Shown here: positions 54,891 to 62,835 of the stretch, piece after piece
Layout: each line of letters starts with the position of its first letter
How positions within the stretch are numbered: position 1 is the stretch's first letter
Source of the DNA: a virus
Lineage: Duplodnaviria; Caudoviricetes
DNA length: 64,000 nt
Reading direction: 5' to 3' (one strand)
IMG/VR virus record: IMGVR_UViG_3300021066_000068
Coordinates: 46,135 to 110,134 of that record
Notes under the pieces: generated by a model
Seen by the model: the letters and a program-made list of their open reading frames with translations, nothing else
Databases searched by the model: none
Told to the model about the DNA's origin: nothing
Made by a program: the position numbers and the translations under genes

Positions 54891-54965
54891 GCTGGACTAG
54901 CTCAAGGGTAGAGCATCCACCTCGTAAGTGGGAGGCTGTGAGTTCGAGTCTCACGTCCAGCACCA
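54891..54965 (+). tRNA. tRNA-Thr(CGT)
   Basis: Loop CT-CGT-AA, CCA end. Confidence 0.92.
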
Positions 54966-54967
54966 AC

Positions 54968-55046
54968 GCTTCCGTAGCTCCAAATGGCTAGAGCGCCCGT
55001 TTTGTACTCGGGAGGATGCCGGTTCAAGTCCAGGCCGGAAGCACCA
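54968..55046 (+). tRNA. tRNA-Thr(TGT)
   Basis: Loop TT-TGT-AC, CCA end. Confidence 0.88.
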
Positions 55047-55048
55047 CT

Positions 55049-55468
55049 TTATTCGCCAGCGCTCTTGTCGATGAGTGCCGCCCGTCTCGCATCAACGAGG
55101 TCACCAAACTTCTTGTCGAGGTCGCTGGCGGCGATGCGCACCCGCGAAGCGTGGTCCACCACCCGGTTGTCGGCGTAGTGGTAGGTGCGAATGGTCTCGG
55201 TCACCTTGGCGGCCTCGGGCGCCTGCTTCCTGATCTGCACCTCGATCCACGTCTTGAGCTTGGCGCCGAGGTCCAGAAAGGCATTGCGAAAGTTGGTCGT
55301 GCGGCTGCGGTCGCGCTGGCCTGTCGCACTCAAGCCCGAGAGGGGATGCGTGATCCGCACGCAGGCTTGTACCTTGTTGCGGTTCTGCCCGCCCGGTCCT
55401 GTTCCCGAGAACCAGTCGATTTTAAAGTCCTTCTTGGTGTAGCAGAACTGCTCGATACGCTCGCCCAT
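55049..55468 (-). CDS. Release-factor-like peptidyl-tRNA hydrolase (GGQ domain only)
   Basis: SGTGPGGQNRNKV..CVRITH...RSR..N...IRTYHY..NRVVDH. Confidence 0.9.
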   Translation of the reverse strand: MGERIEQFCYTKKDFKIDWFSGTGPGGQNRNKVQACVRITHPLSGLSATGQRDRSRTTNFRNAFLDLGAKLKTWIEVQIRKQAPEAAKVTETIRTYHYADNRVVDHASRVRIAASDLDKKFGDLVDARRAALIDKSAGE

Positions 55469-55513
55469 GTCGCCCCCTTGACGCTCATTGATTCTTCACG
55501 TACAGCATATCCC

Positions 55514-55570
55514 ATGGATCGACAGCTATCATCTAGCTCACAAAGTTTGCGCTCGCTTTATTTAAGCTGA
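55514..55570 (+). CDS. Putative leader peptide 3 (Ser/Leu/Gln/Tyr) of tRNA sub-operon 3
   Basis: TTGACG-17-TACAGC-7nt-ATG; MDRQLSSSSQSLRSLYLS. Confidence 0.75.
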   Translation: MDRQLSSSSQSLRSLYLS

Positions 55571-55615
55571 GCGCCCGGCGCCTTTGTGCGCCCACGATCC
55601 ACCCAATCCCACTTC

Positions 55616-55691
55616 GCCTCTGTAGTCCAACGGTAGAGACAATGCGCTCAGAACGCATCAAGTGCTCGTTCGAATCGAGCCAGGGGCACCA
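55616..55691 (+). tRNA. tRNA-Leu(CAG), short variable loop
   Basis: ATGCG-CTCAGAA-CGCAT arm, CCA end. Confidence 0.88.
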
Positions 55692-55697
55692 CTTTCA

Positions 55698-55785
55698 GGA
55701 GCGGTCGGCTGAAGATGGTCGGCGAACGGTCTCGAAAACCAGAGGGACCGAAAGGTCAGGGGTTGGAATCCTCACGCCTCCGCCA
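55698..55785 (+). tRNA. tRNA-Ser(CGA), divergent
   Basis: Loop CT-CGA-AA, long variable arm, non-canonical T-loop TTGGAAT, imperfect acceptor. Confidence 0.7.
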
Positions 55786-55792
55786 CCTATTA

Positions 55793-55879
55793 GGGCAGTT
55801 GGCCGAGTGGTAAGGCACCAGCATGCTAAGCTGGCGAAACCGAAAGGTTGCGGGAGTTCGAACCTCTCACTGCCCGCCA
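55793..55879 (+). tRNA. tRNA-Ser(GCT)
   Basis: CCAGC-ATGCTAA-GCTGG arm, long variable arm, GCCA end. Confidence 0.9.
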
Positions 55880-55897
55880 AATTTTATGGGGTGAAGA

Positions 55898-56407
55898 ATG
55901 CTAAAGGATACAGATGCGGCATGGCTCGCTGGGTACATTGACGGTGACGGCACGATTGGCCTTTATCGAAAGACGAGAACTGGAAACCGGCAGGCCGCGC
56001 TTTGCATAGATTCTGCCGATCTGGAATTGCTGAATAACGTTATCCGGTTGGTCGGGGGGTCGCTTGTAAAGAAGAAAAAGTACGCGGCACACCACCGACA
56101 ATCGTGGACGTGGAGGATGTACGGCTCTCAAAACATCCGAGGGGTGCTCGCCCAGGTACTTCCCCACCTGCGCTGCGCTTTTAAGAAAGAGCGCGCTCGG
56201 ATGTTGGTGGAGGAGTGGACATCCACCAGGAACGGTGTCTACGGAAGAGATGACGCAGTGCTAAAGAGAGATTTCGAAGAGCGGTTTTTGGCGTTAGGGG
56301 AAGGCAGAGGGAAGCGAGCTTCCTTGAAGGGGGTACACCAAACCATAGAACACATGACATCACACCCACGCCCTCCTGCCTACTTGGGCAAACAAATGCA
56401 AGCGTGA
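55898..56407 (+). CDS. LAGLIDADG homing endonuclease (free-standing)
   Basis: AWLAGYIDGDGTI motif; VLPHL..KKERA. Confidence 0.85.
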   Translation: MLKDTDAAWLAGYIDGDGTIGLYRKTRTGNRQAALCIDSADLELLNNVIRLVGGSLVKKKKYAAHHRQSWTWRMYGSQNIRGVLAQVLPHLRCAFKKERARMLVEEWTSTRNGVYGRDDAVLKRDFEERFLALGEGRGKRASLKGVHQTIEHMTSHPRPPAYLGKQMQA

Positions 56408-56482
56408 CCCGAGCGGCAAAGGGTGGGGCCTGTAAAGCCCCTGCTTATAGCTTCGCAGGTTCGAGTCCTGCCGCTTGCACCA
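56398..56482 (+). tRNA. tRNA-Tyr(GTA)
   Basis: GGGGC-CTGTAAA-GCCCC arm, long variable arm, CCA end. Confidence 0.92.
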
Positions 56483-56483
56483 T

Positions 56484-56558
56484 TCTCTCGTCGTCTAATT
56501 GGTAGGACGCCATCTTCTGGGGTTGGATATTGGGGTTCGAGTCCCTGCGAGAGAACCA
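56484..56558 (+). tRNA. tRNA-Gln(CTG)
   Basis: Loop TT-CTG-GG, CCA end. Confidence 0.88.
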
Positions 56559-56562
56559 AACA

Positions 56563-56636
56563 TCCCCTTTCGTCTAATGGTCGGATACCGCACTTTGACT
56601 GCGTAGATCGTGGTTCGAATCCACGAAGGGGAACCA
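56563..56636 (+). tRNA. tRNA-Gln(TTG)
   Basis: Loop CT-TTG-AC, CCA end. Confidence 0.9.
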
Positions 56637-56637
56637 T

Positions 56638-56714
56638 GGCCGCCTATCCCAACTGGCAGAGGAATGGGTGTTAAACTCCCACAAGTCTCGGTTCGAATCC
56701 GAGGGCGGTCACCA
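56638..56714 (+). tRNA. tRNA-Leu(TAA), short variable loop
   Basis: Leu-type D-arm, loop GT-TAA-AC, CCA end. Confidence 0.8.
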
Positions 56715-56894
56715 CTTTTCCACACCCCTCCTAGCCTTTTCGTGCGTCCTCTGATAGGATGTAGAATGATAGTGCGAGCAGGATTTGGCCACCTGTCCCA
56801 GTGCCCCGGTCCACTGGCTAAGTCGGACAAGAATGCGGTGGCCTTGAAAACCAGCGCAGGAAAGCCGGGACAGTTCCTAAAGGGGGGGGCATGG

Positions 56895-57324
56895 ATGGGG
56901 CGATCTGGGTATCACGACGGCTGCGAAGGGTGGGATTTGATCCGCTGGCGCGGCGCTGTCGCTAGCTGTCGCTAGCTCCATCCGGGGGAAGCGGGGGCAA
57001 GCCTTCTTGCGGGAAATGCTTGCCGCCCTCGACACCCTGCCAGAAAAGAAGCTCGTCGCATCAGACCTTGAGCGGGACGGCGCGGTATGCGCCCTGGGTG
57101 CCGTTGGGAAAGCGCGCGGCATCGCCCTCGACGCAATCGATGCCTATGACCGCGACACGGTGGCGGGAACGTTTGGTATCCCCTTGGCGCTCGCCTGCGA
57201 AATCATGTTCGAGAACGACGAGGGGACTTGGTGCCGCGAGGAGCCCGAGGCGCGCTTTGCCAGGGTGCGCGCCTGGGTCGAAAGCAAGTTGATCGAGTGG
57301 CGAGAATTGCCAGACACAGAGTGA
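56895..57324 (+). pseudogene. Conserved phage protein frameshifted by a 10-bp tandem duplication
   Basis: MGRSGY...WRGAVAS then SIRGKRGQAFLREML in another frame; GCTGTCGCTA duplicated at 56955-56974. Confidence 0.75.
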
Positions 57325-57408
57325 GTCAGCGGAGGGTCACATGACATTCAAGCCCAACGGGGTCTATATCCTGGAGGACGGTGAGATCATCGAGCTTCTG
57401 GGGGTAGC

Positions 57409-57828
57409 ATGACGGGAACCAATGGGGCCTCGCCCCTCAACCTTGTCCACCGTCTGTGGCAGGAAGCCAACGCCATCTTCGCCAAGCAGGTGCAGAGCAA
57501 GGTGAACATCACCGAGCGGCGCTTGGCCATCCTCCTGGCCCTCAAGGAGGCTGATTCCATTTCCCAGCGGGAGTTGTGCCGCCGCACCGGCATCGACCGC
57601 TCCACCATTTCCACGGTCCTGCGCTGCCTGGACCATGCCGGGTTGATCTCCCGCGCCCGGCGCCAGGGCGATGCGCGGTCCTATATGCTGTCCTTGACCC
57701 CTGCCGGAGAGGCCCTGGTCAGAAAGGCCCGGCCTCTGGCCGAGGCCGCCAACGCGGAGATTTCCGAGCTTCTTCCCCCTAAGGCATGGAAGGACGTAGC
57801 GGAGTTGTTGGACAGATATGAGTTTTGA
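57409..57828 (+). CDS. MarR-family transcriptional regulator
   Basis: ISQRELCRRTGIDRSTI...GLISR...DARSY.LSLT..G. Confidence 0.9.
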   Translation: MTGTNGASPLNLVHRLWQEANAIFAKQVQSKVNITERRLAILLALKEADSISQRELCRRTGIDRSTISTVLRCLDHAGLISRARRQGDARSYMLSLTPAGEALVRKARPLAEAANAEISELLPPKAWKDVAELLDRYEF

Positions 57829-57938
57829 CGCCGCCCCGACACGGTCGGGATCGGCTATCGAAATAAGATTTGGTTCACGCTGACGGATTGAATTGTGCGG
57901 GCGTCGAGAAAGTCACCTGACCGAATGGAGCAAGGGCG

Positions 57939-58172
57939 ATGAAGTTGATCGACGCCGCCAAACAAGAGGAGCGGATCAGAAAGCTTGGTCTTTGGCGCCC
58001 TTGGTTCGCTTGGCATCCTGTCTACGACCACGACACCGGAGACCTTGTTTGGTGGGAGCCGATGGAGCGCATGACCGAGTTCGTCACGGGCTACGATGGC
58101 ACGTATGCGTTTCATCGCTACAGACGCCCGGGTGACCGAACCAACGCTGCAACTGGCAGTCCGGTAGCTTGA
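57939..58172 (+). CDS. Hypothetical protein
   Basis: WRPWFAWHPV motif, RBS present. Confidence 0.6.
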   Translation: MKLIDAAKQEERIRKLGLWRPWFAWHPVYDHDTGDLVWWEPMERMTEFVTGYDGTYAFHRYRRPGDRTNAATGSPVA

Positions 58173-58219
58173 ACCAAATCTTACTCGGCTAAATCGCTTC
58201 GCGATGAAGGAATAGGGAA

Positions 58220-58408
58220 ATGACGTGGTGCCCGAACTGCAAGACGCAATACCTCTACCTCGTCGCGTACCCCCAACTGCACACCGCGCGCGGGCTCCTA
58301 TTCGCGATGGTGTGCCCCGAGTGCGAGTACGACGACACGCTCGAACGCTTCGCCAGCCGTCCCGAGTACAGCTACACGGCTTGGGCTTACGAAACGCCCG
58401 TGGCGTAG
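58220..58408 (+). CDS. Zn-ribbon protein
   Basis: CPNC...CPEC. Confidence 0.55.
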   Translation: MTWCPNCKTQYLYLVAYPQLHTARGLLFAMVCPECEYDDTLERFASRPEYSYTAWAYETPVA

Positions 58409-58439
58409 AGCCGTCAATATCTAAAGAATTGGGTGGGGA

Positions 58440-58970
58440 ATGACCGACATAGAGGAACTGGTGAAGCGCAACACCCGCAGCGGCGTGAAGGGCGTCAGGG
58501 GGTTCCCCACCGCACCAATTGCCGAGCGGTTCTGGGCCAAGGTGGATCGGCGCGGCCCAGACGAGTGTTGGCCCTGGACTGGAGCGAGGGACAGCCGCGG
58601 TTACGGGCATATTTCGATAGATGGGCGCAATCGGAAGGCGGCGCGGGTTGCGTGGTCGCTGCACAACGGCTTGCCGTTCCCGAAAGGGCTCCACGCGTGT
58701 CACTCGTGCGACAACCCAAACTGCGTGAACCCTGAGCACATCTGGCCAGGAAGCAATCGAGAGAACGTGCGGGACGCCATCGACAAGGGGAGGCGGGCCG
58801 CCAAGCCGAATAACGGCAATAGCGCAAAGACCCACTGCCCGGCGGGCCACGAGTATTCACCCGAGAACACTCTGCACACCAAGAAGGGGCGTGGGTGCCG
58901 CGCCTGTCAGAGGCAGTGGAACAGAGAGTGTGCGAAGCGCCGCTACTGGGCCAACAAGGGGGTGCAATAA
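58440..58970 (+). CDS. HNH homing endonuclease
   Basis: RFWAKV..CWPWTG...CHSCDNPNCVNPEHI..G...N; KTHCPAGHEY. Confidence 0.9.
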   Translation: MTDIEELVKRNTRSGVKGVRGFPTAPIAERFWAKVDRRGPDECWPWTGARDSRGYGHISIDGRNRKAARVAWSLHNGLPFPKGLHACHSCDNPNCVNPEHIWPGSNRENVRDAIDKGRRAAKPNNGNSAKTHCPAGHEYSPENTLHTKKGRGCRACQRQWNRECAKRRYWANKGVQ

Positions 58971-59939
58971 ATGGAAGATGAGAATGCACGCCTGAAAGCA
59001 GAACTCTCCTCCCTCCAGGAAGAGCTAGGACGGATGAGGGCTGACCTGAGCTTTTGCGTCAAGGCGCTCGACGACATAGCCGTGCCTGAAGTTGTGAGTG
59101 TCTGCCCTGACTGCTGCATCGACGACAATCTCGAAGGCAGCGGCGTCATCGAGTGGAACACGAAAGAGTCCGAGGACGTGCCCGACAGCGGCGTCTTCGA
59201 TGGTTGGGGCGAGCTAGAGATTGGCGACCGCTATTGGACAACCACCGAGAAGTATCTCGCGATCAGGAAGCGCGCCCGCGAAGCTCTCTCCTCCACCCCC
59301 CAACCCGATGCGGTTCGAGCCTACGCGCCGAGAGCACTCCCGGCGGGCCCTGATCAGGGATTTAAACGGGGGCTTGAGGTAACGGGGACGCTCCCGCCGC
59401 TACGGGCAGCCCTCCAAAACCTGCAATCCGCTGCTGTTTCTGTTCTCGAAACGGCGCCCGACTCATCACTGTGGGGCGCCGCCTTGGATGAGCTTGAGAA
59501 GGCGGAAGCGCAAGCTCGGGAAGTATTAGCCACCCCACACCCCTCGGGCCCGACGCAGAGCGGTGGGGAAGATTCAGGTGTGACGGCTCAGGCCAATGGC
59601 CTTTCGCCTACCTCGCAAGTGGGCTCGGTAGACGCTGCGCGTCTGAGTGAGTTGGCGAAACACCAGGCCGCCCTCATCGTCGCTCTGTGGGAGCAGCGAG
59701 CGCAGCTACATTCGTCACTCGCCGAAATCTACGACATCGTCGGAGACCGCCTAGACGTGAAAGAGGACTCGGAGATTGAGGCGTACTGCGACCGCGCCCG
59801 CGGATTGATCGCGAATATCGATCCGCAAGTACCCTCCTCTCCCGGCGCCTCGCCTATCGATAAGGGGGATTCAGGGGTTGACGCCGCCGGTCCTCGGGAC
59901 ACGTCGGCTATCGGCTCCGCCGATGAAGGGGGTGGGTGA
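58971..59939 (+). CDS. Hypothetical mosaic protein
   Basis: 322 aa ORF in the operon. Confidence 0.6.
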   Translation: MEDENARLKAELSSLQEELGRMRADLSFCVKALDDIAVPEVVSVCPDCCIDDNLEGSGVIEWNTKESEDVPDSGVFDGWGELEIGDRYWTTTEKYLAIRKRAREALSSTPQPDAVRAYAPRALPAGPDQGFKRGLEVTGTLPPLRAALQNLQSAAVSVLETAPDSSLWGAALDELEKAEAQAREVLATPHPSGPTQSGGEDSGVTAQANGLSPTSQVGSVDAARLSELAKHQAALIVALWEQRAQLHSSLAEIYDIVGDRLDVKEDSEIEAYCDRARGLIANIDPQVPSSPGASPIDKGDSGVDAAGPRDTSAIGSADEGGG

Positions 59940-60204
59940 TGGTGTGCAACCTTCCATTTGAGCGCGTCCCCACCTGTGGCTGCGATCCGGGCCACGGCGC
60001 GCCCCCAACGAAGCAACAACGCCTCGAGTGTCGCTTGCGTGGTGGCCCGTGCTCACCGCGCTACCAACTCCCCGATGACCAGTTGTGGCCGGGGATGACG
60101 CGCGAAACATATTCCACCGCATCGGCGACTGCCGATAGCCGCTTTCTTGCGGCGTCACCTCTAAAATCTCCTGAATCTCCCGGCGTCAACGCGCAAGAGG
60201 GTGA

Positions 60205-60411
60205 GTGATGCAGAGGGGCGGAACATTATTTGGCGGCCTGTGCTTCGGTAATTGCGAAGGTGAAGGCTTGATCCCGGTCGGGACGAACGACAAGCGCGAG
60301 ATATATCGAAAGCTCGCCGAGGAAGCGGAAGCTAAGAGCCCCAGCGAGGACGGCTGGCACATGGTGAAGTGCCCCGACTGCAAGCCTTCGATCTCCAAGG
60401 AGGAGGAGTGA
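60205..60411 (+). CDS. Zn-finger protein
   Basis: C.GNCEG.G...VKCPDC. Confidence 0.55.
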   Translation: MMQRGGTLFGGLCFGNCEGEGLIPVGTNDKREIYRKLAEEAEAKSPSEDGWHMVKCPDCKPSISKEEE

Positions 60412-60650
60412 GAGAGGTTCTGGGTTCGGCTGGACGCGGATACGGACGCTGCGAGGTCATTCTTGTGGCCAATACGGAGTCCGGGGAAAGGATCGGCGCC
60501 ACGTCCGTCTCCCTGGAGAGCCGCATCGCCACCCGTAAGACCGTGGTCCCCGTATGGCTCGACGCAGCGGAGTTGGACAGGATGATCGCCCTCCTCGAAA
60601 CCGCTAAACGCCGGTTGCAGGCGGAGAACAACTCAAGTTGTAGCACGTAG
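60408..60650 (+). CDS. Hypothetical protein
   Basis: GGAGG RBS with GTG start. Confidence 0.5.
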   Translation: MREVLGSAGRGYGRCEVILVANTESGERIGATSVSLESRIATRKTVVPVWLDAAELDRMIALLETAKRRLQAENNSSCST

Positions 60651-60732
60651 AAAACTGGTCTGATAATGTTTATTATGGAAAATCAATAGGTTAGACGCCT
60701 TTGTTTACGGTCCACTTGAGGATGCAACCTAG

Positions 60733-61056
60733 ATGACCGATGCCGATGTCCGTTCCAACTGGCTCATCGAGCTAGCAACGTTCAGCGAGGCCGATCTGCT
60801 GGAGCAGGTCCGCTCCCTGCTGGACTATAAGCGCGAGTGCGCCGACCCCTTCTGGAAGGAATTGACCCAGCGGCAGATCGACTGCGCCTGCGCCATTGCT
60901 ATTCTGCGGTTCCCGAACATTTCCTTGGACGAGGTGCTTCATGAGCAAGCTTGGACGACGCCGCCTCGCTCATCGTCCTCCAGCCCCGAACCGAGACTCA
61001 TTACGTGGACCGCACCGTCATCGTCAACCGGGCCCCAACGGACGGGTGAGGTTTAG
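60733..61056 (+). CDS. Hypothetical protein
   Basis: GAGGA RBS. Confidence 0.5.
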   Translation: MTDADVRSNWLIELATFSEADLLEQVRSLLDYKRECADPFWKELTQRQIDCACAIAILRFPNISLDEVLHEQAWTTPPRSSSSSPEPRLITWTAPSSSTGPQRTGEV

Positions 61057-61059
61057 CGA

Positions 61060-61422
61060 ATGGCCAAGGTGATCTTTGTCTTTGGCTCCAACCTGAAAGG
61101 AGTTCACGGCAAAGGCGCGGCCCTTTACGCCAAAACCCACCATGGGGCTCGCTATGGGGTTGGCTCTGGCCCCACCGGAACCGCTTATGCCATCCCCACC
61201 AAGGACCGGGAGCTAAAGACCTTATCCCTCAACCGCATCGCCCACTATATCTCGGGGCTTATTGCCTATGCCAAGGCCAATCCCGAGCTTGAGTTTGAGG
61301 TCACCCCCATCGGCACCGGGCTCGCCGGGTACAAGCACACCGACATCGCTCCACTGTTTTTGATGGCTCCGGAAAACTGCAAGATGTGCGCGGAGTGGCT
61401 GAAGATTCTCGGCCGCAAATAA
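61060..61422 (+). CDS. Conserved phage macro-like protein (A1S_2505 type)
   Basis: IFVFGSNL.G.HG.GAA...YAIPTK...VTPIGTGLAGY. Confidence 0.8.
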   Translation: MAKVIFVFGSNLKGVHGKGAALYAKTHHGARYGVGSGPTGTAYAIPTKDRELKTLSLNRIAHYISGLIAYAKANPELEFEVTPIGTGLAGYKHTDIAPLFLMAPENCKMCAEWLKILGRK

Positions 61423-61578
61423 CCGTTGACCCGCACTGCACAACTCCCCCTTTCCCCAACCCTGTGGCCCAAAACCCCCGTTGACCTCCCCGAATCAGGG
61501 TATTTCTCGTCCCCTTCGTTCCAGCGGACTTGGGAGAGTTCGGCCGCTGCTTGCCTTCAACAAACGGGGGAACCCAAA

Positions 61579-62811
61579 ATGCAAACGACTGCCAAGCGGT
61601 GGCTGGCTCTCACGGGCTTCGTCGCTTCAACGCTACTGATTATTGTCCTTTCCAGCGGCGCTTTTGCCGCCGACAAGGGCGTGGTCAAGGCTGACCCCAA
61701 TGGTCTGGCCGACCTGGAAGAGCGGATTGCCGAACTGGAAGCCACGGTCGCCAAGAAGGGTAACCGCAAGGTGTCCTTGGAGGTTTCCGGCGTGATCAAC
61801 AAGGCGCTCGTCTGGTATGACGCGGGCTCGGGGGCTTCGGACTGGAACGTAGGCGACAATTCCAATTCGCCATCCTATCTCCAGTTCAAGGCCGTGACCA
61901 CCATTACGTCTTCTTGGAAGGCGGGCGGCGTCGTGCAGATCAACTTCGGGGACTATGAGTTTGCCGGAACGGGCGGCTATGGTCACCTGGGTGGCGGGAC
62001 GGACGGTATCTCGGTACGCCAGAGCTACCTGTTCATCCAGGGCAGCGTCGGTAAGTTTTCGCTCGGCAAGCTCTCCCAGGCGACCGACGAGATTACCCAG
62101 ATCAACACCTCCAACGCTGGCGTTGTCTCGACGCCACTCAGTCTGCGTCCCCTGGTCGGCGCCAACGGCATCGGTGAGGCGCTGGACATTTTTGACGGCG
62201 GTCGTGCCAATGCCGTTCGGTACGACATCACCCGCTGGGGCTTTACGCTATCGGCCAGCGCGGCCCAGGCCGACATCGACAGCGGCGGCAATACGGATGG
62301 CACCATTTGGGACGTAGCCCTTCGTTACGAAGGCGAAGCCCAGGGCTTCCAGGTGAAGGCAGGTGTTGGCTACCGCGATGGCCTTGCGATTGAGCAGACC
62401 GACTTCGGCTTTATGAAGTTCGGCGCCAACATTGCCGATATCCAGGTGGCCTCGGGGTCCGCCTCGGTCATGCATGTCCCGACCGGCATTTTCGTTACCG
62501 GGGCGGCCGGACAAGTGGATGTCACCGACTACTTCGCGGGCGCCGACAAGGTACGTGGCTATGCCGTGCAGGGAGGTCTGGAGGAGCGCTGGAACCCTCT
62601 CGGAAAGACGACGGTCTACGGTGAATGGGGCCGCTGGGAATTCGGCAACCTGCTGGGCGATCTGAAGCCTGAGTACATGGGCCTCGGCGTTGTGCAGGCG
62701 ATTGATCAGGCAGCCATGGAGGTCTACCTGACCGGCCGCCGCTACGAGACGGACGGGCTCCTCGCAGACGACGTGGATGTGGTCACCGCGGGCGCCCGTG
62801 TAAGGTTTTAA
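61579..62811 (+). CDS. Outer-membrane porin (Hyphomicrobiales type)
   Basis: Signal peptide, ADLEERIAELEAT..KKGNRKVSL motif, amphipathic beta strands, C-terminal Phe. Confidence 0.85.
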   Translation: MQTTAKRWLALTGFVASTLLIIVLSSGAFAADKGVVKADPNGLADLEERIAELEATVAKKGNRKVSLEVSGVINKALVWYDAGSGASDWNVGDNSNSPSYLQFKAVTTITSSWKAGGVVQINFGDYEFAGTGGYGHLGGGTDGISVRQSYLFIQGSVGKFSLGKLSQATDEITQINTSNAGVVSTPLSLRPLVGANGIGEALDIFDGGRANAVRYDITRWGFTLSASAAQADIDSGGNTDGTIWDVALRYEGEAQGFQVKAGVGYRDGLAIEQTDFGFMKFGANIADIQVASGSASVMHVPTGIFVTGAAGQVDVTDYFAGADKVRGYAVQGGLEERWNPLGKTTVYGEWGRWEFGNLLGDLKPEYMGLGVVQAIDQAAMEVYLTGRRYETDGLLADDVDVVTAGARVRF

Positions 62812-62835
62812 TATGCCCTCCCTGAAACAACGGCA

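Noticed and set aside
56354-56407. Possible fourth leader MTSHPRPPAYLGKQMQA (Tyr, Leu, Gln, Gln) before the Tyr/Gln/Gln/Leu tRNAs
   Set aside because: It is in frame with the LAGLIDADG tail, its ATG is only 30 nt from the nearest -35 box, and it overlaps tRNA-Tyr; suggestive but not supportable
53797-56714. Suppressor tRNAs or genetic-code reassignment
   Set aside because: No CTA, TTA or TCA anticodon found (TAA is a Leu anticodon), and genes read intact in the standard code
56715-56873. Theta/HDV-like ribozyme after the last tRNA
   Set aside because: Could not assemble the nested double pseudoknot or the catalytic J4/2 motif
53659-56975. ORF-track calls overlapping the tRNA genes
   Set aside because: Translations of tRNA sequence or its antisense strand
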